A DNA stretch of 11,751 nucleotides. It comes from Nanobdellota archaeon (GTDB lineage Archaea > Nanobdellota > Nanobdellia > Pacearchaeales > GW2011-AR1). Below are positions 1 through 7,452 of the stretch, one piece after another. Position 1 is the first letter of the stretch. Each line of letters opens with the position of its first letter. Made by a program: the position numbers and the translations under genes. The notes below the pieces were generated by a model that made no database searches, was not told the DNA's origin, and saw only the letters and a list, made by a program, of their open reading frames with translations. The stretch lies in assembly GCA_038045705.1 (NCBI GenBank), contig JBBSXO010000010.1:1-11751 (forward strand), written 5' to 3'.

Positions 1-1
1 A

Positions 2-91
2 ATTATTGTAATGATAGTAATAGTTCATTCTGTGAGAAAGCATAGGAGATTTAAGGGGTTAGTTAATAACTTAGATGTTGTTAAATCATAG
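2..91 (+). CDS. 3' end of a probable C-terminally membrane-anchored protein (partial, starts before the window)
   Basis: My translation of frame 2 reads IIVMIVIVHSVRKHRRFKGLVNNLDVVKS* (TAG at 89-91): a hydrophobic stretch followed by a basic stop-transfer cluster, ending just before the next promoter. Confidence 0.6.
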   Translation: MIVMIVIVHSVRKHRRFKGLVNNLDVVKS

Positions 92-116
92 ATTTAGAAT
101 ACTAATTTTAATAATC

Positions 117-124
117 CTTATAAA
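117..124 (+). promoter_or_regulatory. Archaeal TATA box for the 146..814 gene
   Basis: CTTATAAA with a 21-nt gap to ATG 146, the same spacing as several other genes here. Confidence 0.55.
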
Positions 125-145
125 CTTCTTTTTCATCGATAGTTT

Positions 146-814
146 ATGGAAAAGAGTGTTTTGATAGCATTTATTGTCTTTTTGGTTTTCGTTAGTTCAT
201 TTACTTTTTTTCTTTATGATGAAATATTTCATGAGATTACTGGAAGACAGGTCTTTTTAGATAGTGAATTTGAACAGCCCGCAGATTCTTTCAAACCAAG
301 CAAGCCTTCAAATATTTTTTCTTTGAGTCCATCTAATTGTGAACTTAAATCCATTTCTTTGAGCCATACTGCTACAAAACTTGGGGAAACTGTTTCAGTG
401 TATGTTAATGGTAATGGGTGTTATAGCAGTGATTTAGAAATCAAAGTGTTTGAAAAAGATAAATTTTTTGATGATGAGGTTACTTTAGTTTCTGGAAAGT
501 TTATAAGAGATGAGATTTCTATTGATTTTATTATAGATGAAAAATTTGATTATTTTTTTGATGAATTATTTGAAGGAGATGATATAGAGCTTTATTTTGA
601 GACTAATTTGGTAAACAATAAGTTGACTTCAGATTTGCTTTTTGTTTATTTATCTGAAGAAGATGGTCCACTTTTACAACCTTCAAATGAAGAGAAAAAG
701 TTTGAAATAAAAATTATATTCTGGATGGTCTTTGTGATTCTTGTTGCAGGAATTGCTGTTGCATTTATTTCAATTTTAAGCTCTTTTAAAAGAGGAGCAA
801 TTTCAAAGAACTAG
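146..814 (+). CDS. Hypothetical acidic membrane protein with N- and C-terminal TM helices and a beta-rich extracellular domain
   Basis: 222-aa ORF. N-terminal hydrophobic helix (VLIAFIVFLVFVSSFTFFLY), acidic core with two Cys, C-terminal TM (IIFWMVFVILVAGIAVAFISIL) followed by a basic tail. Confidence 0.8.
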   Translation: MEKSVLIAFIVFLVFVSSFTFFLYDEIFHEITGRQVFLDSEFEQPADSFKPSKPSNIFSLSPSNCELKSISLSHTATKLGETVSVYVNGNGCYSSDLEIKVFEKDKFFDDEVTLVSGKFIRDEISIDFIIDEKFDYFFDELFEGDDIELYFETNLVNNKLTSDLLFVYLSEEDGPLLQPSNEEKKFEIKIIFWMVFVILVAGIAVAFISILSSFKRGAISKN

Positions 815-878
815 AAAATCAATCCGTTTTAAACGATATCTTTATTAATTAAAGTTATTTCATTTTATCAGGTGTTTG

Positions 879-1493
879 ATGGAATTAAGAATTAAAATAA
901 AAAAAAGACATTTATTTGCTATTATTGGGATGATTGTTTTAGTTGGTATTGTTATTGCTTATGGGGGAAATGATCCGCAGAATATGGGTCATTCAGATGG
1001 GGAGATACAACTTACTAATATTGGTCAGAGTTTAACTGCTTGGAGCAATAGTGTGAATAGCCAGATTTCTGGTTTAGGTGGAAGAATGTTTGTTGTAGAG
1101 CGAGATAAATCAGATAGAGGATGGACTGCGGTTAGTCAGCCTCTTCCTGCTCTTTCTTTCCCAGATGGATCAGGAGTTCATAATCCTCAAACTGCTTCTC
1201 ATTCTTATGGTACATCTGTTGTTCCATCGAGTGCTAAGGAAGTTCTTGTTTATGTTTGGGCTTCAAGAGGATCTAATGGTGGAAATAGCGGAATCATCCA
1301 TTACACAATTTCCACTCCCGAAGGTCATGCGCAGAAGTTTTTGGTTGTAGATAATAATAATAATGGTGCAGCGGTGGTTAATTCAGAGAATATGTGGTTT
1401 CCAATTACTAATGATCGGCGTTTGATCGTAAACTTACCAGCTAGAATAACTCAGAACTATAATGCTGGTGCTGAAATCATAGGCTATAGATAA
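879..1493 (+). CDS. Hypothetical secreted/surface protein (signal peptide, short helical stalk, beta-rich C-terminal head)
   Basis: Basic N-terminus plus hydrophobic helix ending VIA, then YGGNDPQNMGHSDGEI. ATG 879 preferred over TTG 876 because an SD-like AGGTG lies at 870-874. TATA-like TTTATTAA at 841-848. Confidence 0.8.
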   Translation: MELRIKIKKRHLFAIIGMIVLVGIVIAYGGNDPQNMGHSDGEIQLTNIGQSLTAWSNSVNSQISGLGGRMFVVERDKSDRGWTAVSQPLPALSFPDGSGVHNPQTASHSYGTSVVPSSAKEVLVYVWASRGSNGGNSGIIHYTISTPEGHAQKFLVVDNNNNGAAVVNSENMWFPITNDRRLIVNLPARITQNYNAGAEIIGYR

Positions 1494-1497
1494 CAAG

Positions 1498-2589
1498 TTA
1501 ATCTAAACCCAAGGATTCTAGAATTTCTTTTTTATTGAATTGTTTTAAATCTTCATATTTTTGGCCAATGCCTAAGAAATAGATTGGTTTGCTAGTGATA
1601 TAGGAAACTGATAATGCTGTTCCACCTTTTTCATCAATATCTGACTTACTTAATATTATCCCATCTATCCCTAAAGCTTCATTAAATGTTTTTATCTGGT
1701 CAATTATATCATTTCCTGCTGTTGATTCCCCGATAAATATTTTCTTATCTGGCTTTATTACTCTAATTAATTTTTCCATTTGTTTTATTAAATTATCTTT
1801 TGTATACATTCTCCCTGCTGTATCTATTAGCAAACATTTTATTTTGTTTTTTTCCGAATATACTTTTGCGTCAAAAGCCACCGAAGTGGGGTCTGTTGAA
1901 TATTGGCTTTTTATTATAGGAATTTTAAGATTATTTGCATGAATTTCTAGTTGTTCTATTGCCGCTGCCCTAAAGGTGTCTGCAGCTGCCAGCACGCAAG
2001 ATATATTATTCTTTTTTAGAAGATTTGCTATTTTGGCTATTGTAGTTGTTTTTCCAGTCCCGTTAATTCCAAAGAAGAGAATAGTGTAAGTGCCCTCTTT
2101 GTCTTTTATCTCTTTAATTAAATCAGGTGAGTCAATTAAGACATCAGATATTGCTTTTTTTATAGATTCAATTATCTTGTTTTTGATATCCTTACTTTTT
2201 GCTTCCTGCCCGATGAGGTCTTCTATTAAATTACTCTTTATTTTATCTACTACTTCTAGAGCAACATTACTTTCTAATAAGACTATTTCTAATTCTTCAA
2301 ATATTTGTTCTACTTGTTCTTTAGTTATTTTGGTATTTGTGAATTTGCTTACTATCTTTGATAAGAAACCCTTTTTTTCTATTTGTTCTTCCTTTATTTC
2401 AGATTCTATTTCTTCATTTGATACTTCTGCTTCTAGACTTTCTATTTTCCTTATTTCTTTAACATTTTTTTCCTTTTTCTTGGTTTTCTTTTCTTTGACA
2501 CTCTTTTTCTTTACACTTTCTGTTTTTTTCTCTTTTGTCTCGGATTTGCCAAAAAATGATTTTAGTTTATCTTTTAATAGCTTAAACAT
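1498..2589 (-). CDS. ftsY: Signal recognition particle receptor FtsY
   Basis: SRP-GTPase motifs GINGTGKTTT, ADTFRAAAIEQL, DTAGR, SKSD..EKGG and GIGQKYEDL; N-domain LLESNVALEV; charged low-complexity N-terminal region. Confidence 0.97.
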   Translation of the reverse strand: MFKLLKDKLKSFFGKSETKEKKTESVKKKSVKEKKTKKKEKNVKEIRKIESLEAEVSNEEIESEIKEEQIEKKGFLSKIVSKFTNTKITKEQVEQIFEELEIVLLESNVALEVVDKIKSNLIEDLIGQEAKSKDIKNKIIESIKKAISDVLIDSPDLIKEIKDKEGTYTILFFGINGTGKTTTIAKIANLLKKNNISCVLAAADTFRAAAIEQLEIHANNLKIPIIKSQYSTDPTSVAFDAKVYSEKNKIKCLLIDTAGRMYTKDNLIKQMEKLIRVIKPDKKIFIGESTAGNDIIDQIKTFNEALGIDGIILSKSDIDEKGGTALSVSYITSKPIYFLGIGQKYEDLKQFNKKEILESLGLD

Positions 2590-2610
2590 GATATTTTAGT
2601 GTTGATAAGG

Positions 2611-2618
2611 TTTATAAG
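2611..2618. promoter_or_regulatory. Candidate bidirectional TATA box shared by ftsY and apgM
   Basis: Reads TTTATAAG on + and CTTATAAA on -; exactly 21 nt from each start codon (2589 and 2640). Confidence 0.6.
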
Positions 2619-2639
2619 TTTTTTATATATCTTAATTAA

Positions 2640-3884
2640 ATGAAAGGCATTTTTGTAATTCTTGATGGTGCTCCAGATGAGCCTTGTTCTAAACTTAATG
2701 ATAAAACTCCTCTTGAATATTCAAAAACTCCAAATTTAGATTATTTTGCTTCTAGGGGAGATATATACAATTGTTTTCCTATAGCTGAGGGTATTGCGCC
2801 TCAGTCTTCTAGTGGATTAGTTTCTTTGTTTGGGGCAGACTTTAGAGATTATTCTAGGGGAGTACTTGAGTCTATTGGAGCTGGAATTCATTTGAATGAA
2901 GGAGATTTAGCTTTAAGGATTAATTTTGCAACTATTGATAATTTAAACAATATGAAGCTGATCGATAGAAGAGCTGGAAGAACTTTAACTAATAAAGAAG
3001 CTATTGAACTTGCTGAAGCAGTTAATTCTAAATTAAAATTACCTTTTAAGTTTGAGTTAATTCATACTGTAGGGCACAGAGGTGTTCTTGTTTTTAGGGG
3101 CGTTTTTTCAGATAAGGTAACTAATGTTGATCCTTCTTATAGTGATGGGCTATCTGTTGAGAATGCTGGCGAGATTGTGGAGTTTTCCAAGCCGAAGGAT
3201 AATAGTAATAAGTCTAGATTAACCTCTGATTTGTTGAATACTTTTATCCGTAAAAGTTATGTTATTCTTGAGAACCATCCTATTAACATAATTCGTAAGA
3301 AGAAGGGTTTTTTTCCAGCTAATTTTCTTTTATGTAGAGATGCTGGTATAGGATTGATTAAGGATTATAAGTTGCGTGGTTCGTGGATTGGTTTTGGATA
3401 TATGCCTTTGGAAATAGGGGTTGCTAAAGTTTTTGGAATGAGAGTTTCATCTTTTAATATGCCTTCGATGGAAAAAGAAGATTTTTATAACCATGTTGAG
3501 CAAAATTTAGATAGAGCAATAACAAAATCTGTTGAGATGATTCAAACCAATTCTGAAATTATAGATTATTTTTATATCCATTTTAAAGAAACTGATTTAC
3601 CAGGGCATGATAATAAACCTTTTCAAAAAGTTAAATTTATAGAATTAATAGATAAGAAATTCTTTGGATATTTGAGAAGTTTATCTGTTAATTTTAGACT
3701 TTTAGTTACTTCAGACCATACTACTTCTTGTCGTGCTAAAAGTCATACATCCCATTCAGTACCAGTTTTATTTTATGAAGGAGATCATCTTAAAAGTTCA
3801 AATAAGAGATTTATTGAGAAAGATGGTCTTAAAGGCAAGACATTTATGGGAAGACAGTTGTTGAGAAAGACTTTGTTTTTATAA
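2640..3884 (+). CDS. apgM: 2,3-bisphosphoglycerate-independent phosphoglycerate mutase, archaeal ApgM type (alkaline phosphatase superfamily)
   Basis: ILDGAPDEP, TPLE..TPNLD, RGVLES, RINFAT, DRRAGR, and metal-ligand motifs HFKETDLPGHD, TSDHTT and HTSHSVPVL. Confidence 0.9.
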   Translation: MKGIFVILDGAPDEPCSKLNDKTPLEYSKTPNLDYFASRGDIYNCFPIAEGIAPQSSSGLVSLFGADFRDYSRGVLESIGAGIHLNEGDLALRINFATIDNLNNMKLIDRRAGRTLTNKEAIELAEAVNSKLKLPFKFELIHTVGHRGVLVFRGVFSDKVTNVDPSYSDGLSVENAGEIVEFSKPKDNSNKSRLTSDLLNTFIRKSYVILENHPINIIRKKKGFFPANFLLCRDAGIGLIKDYKLRGSWIGFGYMPLEIGVAKVFGMRVSSFNMPSMEKEDFYNHVEQNLDRAITKSVEMIQTNSEIIDYFYIHFKETDLPGHDNKPFQKVKFIELIDKKFFGYLRSLSVNFRLLVTSDHTTSCRAKSHTSHSVPVLFYEGDHLKSSNKRFIEKDGLKGKTFMGRQLLRKTLFL

Positions 3885-3895
3885 CTGAATGATTG

Positions 3896-3902
3896 TTTTT
3901 TT
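3896..3902 (+). terminator. Possible oligo-T terminator after apgM
   Basis: T7 run 11 nt after the stop codon. Archaeal terminators are typically oligo-T, but such runs are common in AT-rich DNA. Confidence 0.35.
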
Positions 3903-3914
3903 AGCAACATCATA

Positions 3915-3922
3915 TTTATAAC
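3915..3922 (+). promoter_or_regulatory. TATA box for the GINS gene
   Basis: TTTATAAC with a 21-nt gap to ATG 3944. Confidence 0.6.
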
Positions 3923-3943
3923 ATCTGCATCGGTTTTTTACTT

Positions 3944-4489
3944 ATGTTAAAATACGAGGAATTATATGAGATTTTACGTAAGGAAAAGACTAATGACTCT
4001 CTTCAGAAAATATCTTCTGATTTCATCAAAGACTTTTCTAATTTGATTCATGAAAACAAGCGTAATATAACTAGTAAAGGTGATTTTTTTGCAGAAGACA
4101 TAATTAGAGATAAGAAACAGTATGAAAACTCAATGATTCTTTTTAAGGAACTAATGCTTAGGAGAAAGAAGAAAATTCTAAATTTAGTTTTTATAGCTAA
4201 TGAAACAAGTGTTATGAAAAGAGATTTTGAAAATATGTTTCCATTTGAAAAAGATTTGTTTGATGGTTTGCTATCTTCTATTGAACAAACTGACAAATTA
4301 ATTTCTATGCTTTTAATTAATGAGTCTTCTGTTGTAAATAATACCTCTTTAATTATTACAGATGATGTAGAATCTTTTGTTGGTATGGATGGGGAATCTA
4401 TAGGCCCATTTAAGAAAGGTCAATCTGTTTTATTAGACAAGATAACCGCTGATGTCTTAATTGGTGGACAGAAAGCTGTAAGTGTTTAA
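3944..4489 (+). CDS. DNA replication complex GINS subunit, Gins51/Gins15 type
   Basis: Helical A domain (YEELYEILRKEK..LQKI...F; RRKKKILNL; NMFPFEKDLF) followed by a beta-rich B domain (DVESFVGMDGESIGPFKKGQSVLL...ADVLI), the AB order typical of Gins51. Confidence 0.88.
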   Translation: MLKYEELYEILRKEKTNDSLQKISSDFIKDFSNLIHENKRNITSKGDFFAEDIIRDKKQYENSMILFKELMLRRKKKILNLVFIANETSVMKRDFENMFPFEKDLFDGLLSSIEQTDKLISMLLINESSVVNNTSLIITDDVESFVGMDGESIGPFKKGQSVLLDKITADVLIGGQKAVSV

Positions 4490-4932
4490 TCAGAGATTAC
4501 TCTAGAAGATTTTTTATCTCTTTTTAATAAGCCTAATTGGTCGTCTAATTCTTGTGCCATTGTTTTTAGGTCTTCAAAGACTCTTTGCAGGTCTCTTTGT
4601 AGTTCTTCCATTAGTGTTTCTAAATTCTCAACTCTTAGCATATATTTATTTTCATGTTGAGCAACTAATCCTGATTCTATAAGATGTGATATATGATGGA
4701 TAATTGTCCCTCTTGTTAGATTAGTTCTTGTTGCTAGTTCATCTGAACTCAATAATTGTTTTCTTCTAGCTGATTTAACGAGTTCGACAAAAATTCTGAA
4801 ACATGATCTTTCTTTATCTCTTTGAGAGAACAGTCCAAGAGATTCTGAAAACCATTGAAGGTCAGCATTCAGATCTTTTTTTTGAGGTTTCCTTGTTTTT
4901 ATTAAGGTTACTTTTCTAAATTCATAAATCAT
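4486..4932 (-). CDS. Winged helix-turn-helix transcriptional regulator (ArsR-like fold) with C-terminal coiled coil; candidate heat-shock repressor
   Basis: HTH LSSDELATRTNLTRGTIIHHISHLIESGLV plus wing (ENKYMLR), then an amphipathic helix LETLMEELQRDLQRVFEDLKTMAQELD. Divergent from grpE. Its stop overlaps the GINS stop (TTAA 4486-4489). The heat-shock role is inference. Confidence 0.88.
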   Translation of the reverse strand: MIYEFRKVTLIKTRKPQKKDLNADLQWFSESLGLFSQRDKERSCFRIFVELVKSARRKQLLSSDELATRTNLTRGTIIHHISHLIESGLVAQHENKYMLRVENLETLMEELQRDLQRVFEDLKTMAQELDDQLGLLKRDKKSSRVISD

Positions 4933-4940
4933 TTTTGCTC

Positions 4941-4959
4941 TGTTGAGTTAAGGTAAACA
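4941..4959. promoter_or_regulatory. Degenerate operator copy upstream of the regulator (possible autoregulation)
   Basis: TGTTGAG-ttaag-GTAAACA matches TGTTTAC-N5-GTAAACA at 12 of 14 positions and lies between the regulator TATA box and its ATG. Confidence 0.55.
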
Positions 4960-4961
4960 AG

Positions 4962-4969
4962 TATTTAAG
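4962..4969 (-). promoter_or_regulatory. TATA box for the wHTH regulator
   Basis: Minus strand reads CTTAAATA, preceded by purine-rich GAGTAAATAAC; 29-nt gap to ATG 4932. Confidence 0.5.
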
Positions 4970-4994
4970 GTTATTTACTCAAAATCTAAGAAAT

Positions 4995-5009
4995 CGAAAG
5001 ATTTAAATA
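4995..5009 (+). promoter_or_regulatory. BRE plus TATA box of the grpE-dnaK-dnaJ operon
   Basis: CGAAAG-A-TTTAAATA, a near-consensus archaeal BRE/TATA; predicts a transcription start near 5031. Confidence 0.75.
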
Positions 5010-5029
5010 GGTGTTTATTTGATATATTC

Positions 5030-5052
5030 TATGTTTACTCTAAGTAAACATA
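5030..5052. promoter_or_regulatory. Perfect inverted repeat, candidate operator of the chaperone operon
   Basis: TATGTTTACT-cta-AGTAAACATA (10-bp arms, 3-nt spacer), overlapping the predicted transcription start. Confidence 0.75.
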
Positions 5053-5072
5053 ACTTGCTTAAAATGATAAAA

Positions 5073-5585
5073 ATGGATATAAAACAAGAAGTTAAAAAAG
5101 ATGTTAATGAATTTGAAGATCAACTTAAAAATGATATTGAGATGAAGACTAAGGTTATAGAGGATTATGAAAATAGTCTTAAACGTCTTCAGGCCGATTT
5201 TGAAAATTATGTGAAACGTTCTCAAAAGGAAAAAGAAGATTTTGCAAGAGTTGCTATCGCTAAAGTTCTTGTTAAGTTTGTTGATATTGTTGATGATTTA
5301 GATAGAGCTTTAAGTGTTCTTGAAAAGATTCAAGATGGAGAAGTTAAGACTGGAATTAAGATGGTACACAGTCGTTTTCATAAAATTCTTCGGGAAGAGG
5401 GGATAAAACCTTTTGACTCGGAAGGTAATAGTGTTGACCCATATAAACATGAAGTTATAGAGATGGTTTCTTCAAATAAATCGGAAGGAACTGTTATTGA
5501 AGAAATTCAAAAGGGTTATTCTCTTGGAGATAAGATTCTTAGAGTTGCTAAAGTAAGAGTTTCAAATGGGGAAATTAGAAAATGA
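5073..5585 (+). CDS. grpE: Nucleotide exchange factor GrpE
   Basis: [48 protein letters not shown]. Start uncertain: the track's TTG 5019 lies upstream of the predicted transcription start; in-frame ATGs are at 5031, 5064 and 5073. Confidence 0.95.
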   Translation: MDIKQEVKKDVNEFEDQLKNDIEMKTKVIEDYENSLKRLQADFENYVKRSQKEKEDFARVAIAKVLVKFVDIVDDLDRALSVLEKIQDGEVKTGIKMVHSRFHKILREEGIKPFDSEGNSVDPYKHEVIEMVSSNKSEGTVIEEIQKGYSLGDKILRVAKVRVSNGEIRK

Positions 5586-7429
5586 GCGGTAAGGAAAAAA
5601 TAATTGGTATTGATCTTGGGACGCAGAATAGTGCTGCTTCAGTTTTACAGGCTGGACGTCCAACTATTGTTCCTAGTGCTGAAGGAGCTTCTCTTTATGG
5701 AAAAGCTTTTCCTAGTTTTGTAGCATTTACAAAAGATGGTTCTGTTTTAGTTGGAGAACCTGCACGCAGACAGGCAATATCGAACCCAGAAGGAACTGTT
5801 TATGGTGCTAAAAGAAAAATGGGAACTAATTTTAAATATAATGTTCATGGAAAAGAATATTCTCCTCAACAAATATCTGCATTTATATTGCAGAAGATAA
5901 AACGTGATGCTGAAGAGTTCTTAGGAGAGAAAGTTAACAAGGCAGTTATTACTGTTCCAGCTTATTTTGATGACAATCAAAGACAGGCAACTAAAGATGC
6001 AGGTCAGATTGCAGGGTTAGAAGTTGTTAGAATTATAAACGAACCTACTGCAGCTGCTTTAGCTTTTGGATTAGATAAACAAGATAAGGAATCTAAAATA
6101 CTTGTTTTTGATTTGGGCGCTGGAACTTTAGATGTTACAATTATGGAGTTAGGAGATGGAATATTCGAAGTTAAATCTACTTCTGGAGATACCCAATTAG
6201 GTGGTCATGATATGGATGCTACAATTATTAACTATATCATAAAAGAATTTGAAAAAGAGCACAGTGTTGATTTAAATGAAGATAAAACTGCGGTTCAGAG
6301 AGTTCGTGAAGCTGCTGAAAAGGCTAAGATAGAATTGTCCACAGTTACAGAATCGGAGATTAACTTACCATTTATTCATAAACAAAAGAACTTCAAAATT
6401 ACTTTGACAAGAGCAAAGCTTGAAGAGTTAATTGATCCTATTGTCCAGAAGTGCAGAAAACCTTTAATGAATGCAATTAAGGATGCTAAATTAGATATAA
6501 AAGATATTCATAAGATTATTTTAGTTGGCGGACCTACTAGAATGCCCGTAATTAGAAATTTTGTGGAGAACATTTTAGGAAGAAAGGCTGAACGTGGAAT
6601 TGATCCAATGGAATGTGTTGCAAATGGTGCAGCTATACAAGGGGGAGTCTTGGCTGGAGAAGTTAAAGATATACTTTTACTGGATGTTACTCCTTTGACT
6701 TTAGGTATTGAAACACTTGGGGGAATTAAAACTGCTTTAATACAGAGAAATACAACTATTCCTACCAAAAAATCTCAAGTATTTTCTACTGCTGAAGATA
6801 ATCAGGGTGCTGTAACTATTCATGTCTTGCAAGGTGAACGGGAAATGGCATCAGATAATAAGAGTCTCGGTCGTTTTGATTTAGTCGGCATTCCTCCTGC
6901 ACCTAGAGGAGTTCCTCAAGTTGAGGTTACTTTTGATATTGATGCTAGTGGTATAATTCATGTATCTGCTAAAGACTTGGGAACTGGAAAAGAACAGAAG
7001 ATTAAAATTACTGCAGAGAATAAATTAAGCGAAAAGGAAGTTGAACGTATGAGAAAGGAGTCTGAAGATTTTGCTGAAGAGGATAAAAAGAAAAAAGAGA
7101 AAGCTGAAATTAGAAATCAGGCTGATTCTTTGGTTTATACCATAGATAAATCTTTGAAGGAATTTGAAGGTAAAATAAGTGAAGATGATATTAAAGAAAT
7201 AAAGAGTGAAAAAGAAGACTTAAAGAAGAAATTACATGAGGAAGATGTCGATGCGATAAAGTCTACAATGGAAAAACTTAATAAGAAGTTGCATGATGCT
7301 TCAACTAAACTTTATGATAAAGCCAAAAAAGAAGAAAAACAAGCTAAAGACCATGAGTTAAATAAAAATGGCAAGAAAGAAGATAACATAATAGATGCTG
7401 AAGTTGTTAATAATGAGGAAGAAGATTAG
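5582..7429 (+). CDS. dnaK: Chaperone DnaK (Hsp70)
   Basis: [59 protein letters not shown] and [27 protein letters not shown] overlap with the grpE stop. Lacks the N-terminal subdomain insertion seen in proteobacterial DnaK. Confidence 0.99.
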   Translation: MSGKEKIIGIDLGTQNSAASVLQAGRPTIVPSAEGASLYGKAFPSFVAFTKDGSVLVGEPARRQAISNPEGTVYGAKRKMGTNFKYNVHGKEYSPQQISAFILQKIKRDAEEFLGEKVNKAVITVPAYFDDNQRQATKDAGQIAGLEVVRIINEPTAAALAFGLDKQDKESKILVFDLGAGTLDVTIMELGDGIFEVKSTSGDTQLGGHDMDATIINYIIKEFEKEHSVDLNEDKTAVQRVREAAEKAKIELSTVTESEINLPFIHKQKNFKITLTRAKLEELIDPIVQKCRKPLMNAIKDAKLDIKDIHKIILVGGPTRMPVIRNFVENILGRKAERGIDPMECVANGAAIQGGVLAGEVKDILLLDVTPLTLGIETLGGIKTALIQRNTTIPTKKSQVFSTAEDNQGAVTIHVLQGEREMASDNKSLGRFDLVGIPPAPRGVPQVEVTFDIDASGIIHVSAKDLGTGKEQKIKITAENKLSEKEVERMRKESEDFAEEDKKKKEKAEIRNQADSLVYTIDKSLKEFEGKISEDDIKEIKSEKEDLKKKLHEEDVDAIKSTMEKLNKKLHDASTKLYDKAKKEEKQAKDHELNKNGKKEDNIIDAEVVNNEEED

Positions 7430-7452
7430 AGTCTCTTCCTTAGGGATTATTA

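Noticed and set aside
1-45. Frame 1 reading NYCNDSNSSFCEKA* as the upstream gene end
   Set aside because: Frame 2 gives a more convincing TM plus basic tail and fills the gap to the next promoter; not fully excludable without upstream sequence.
825-854. Short inverted repeats CGTTT-t-AAACG and CTTTA-n5-TAAAG upstream of the 879 gene
   Set aside because: Arms of only 5 bp in AT-rich DNA are expected by chance.
1229-1237. GAGTGCTAA, an exact right half of the bacterial CIRCE element
   Set aside because: Inside a CDS, no TTAGCACTC left arm 9 nt upstream, and about 3.8 kb from the chaperone promoter; coincidence.
1165-1350. 61-aa alternative-frame ORF
   Set aside because: Fully nested in the 879..1493 gene in another frame; no recognisable motif.
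2090-2599. 169-aa hydrophobic plus-strand ORF
   Set aside because: Antisense shadow of the Lys/Glu-rich ftsY N-terminus; its Phe/Ser/Leu richness follows from complementing AAA/GAA codons.
4048-4296. 82-aa minus-strand ORF
   Set aside because: Antisense to the GINS gene; no independent support.
5019-5030. TTG 5019 as the grpE start
   Set aside because: Only 9 nt after the TATA box and upstream of the predicted transcription start.
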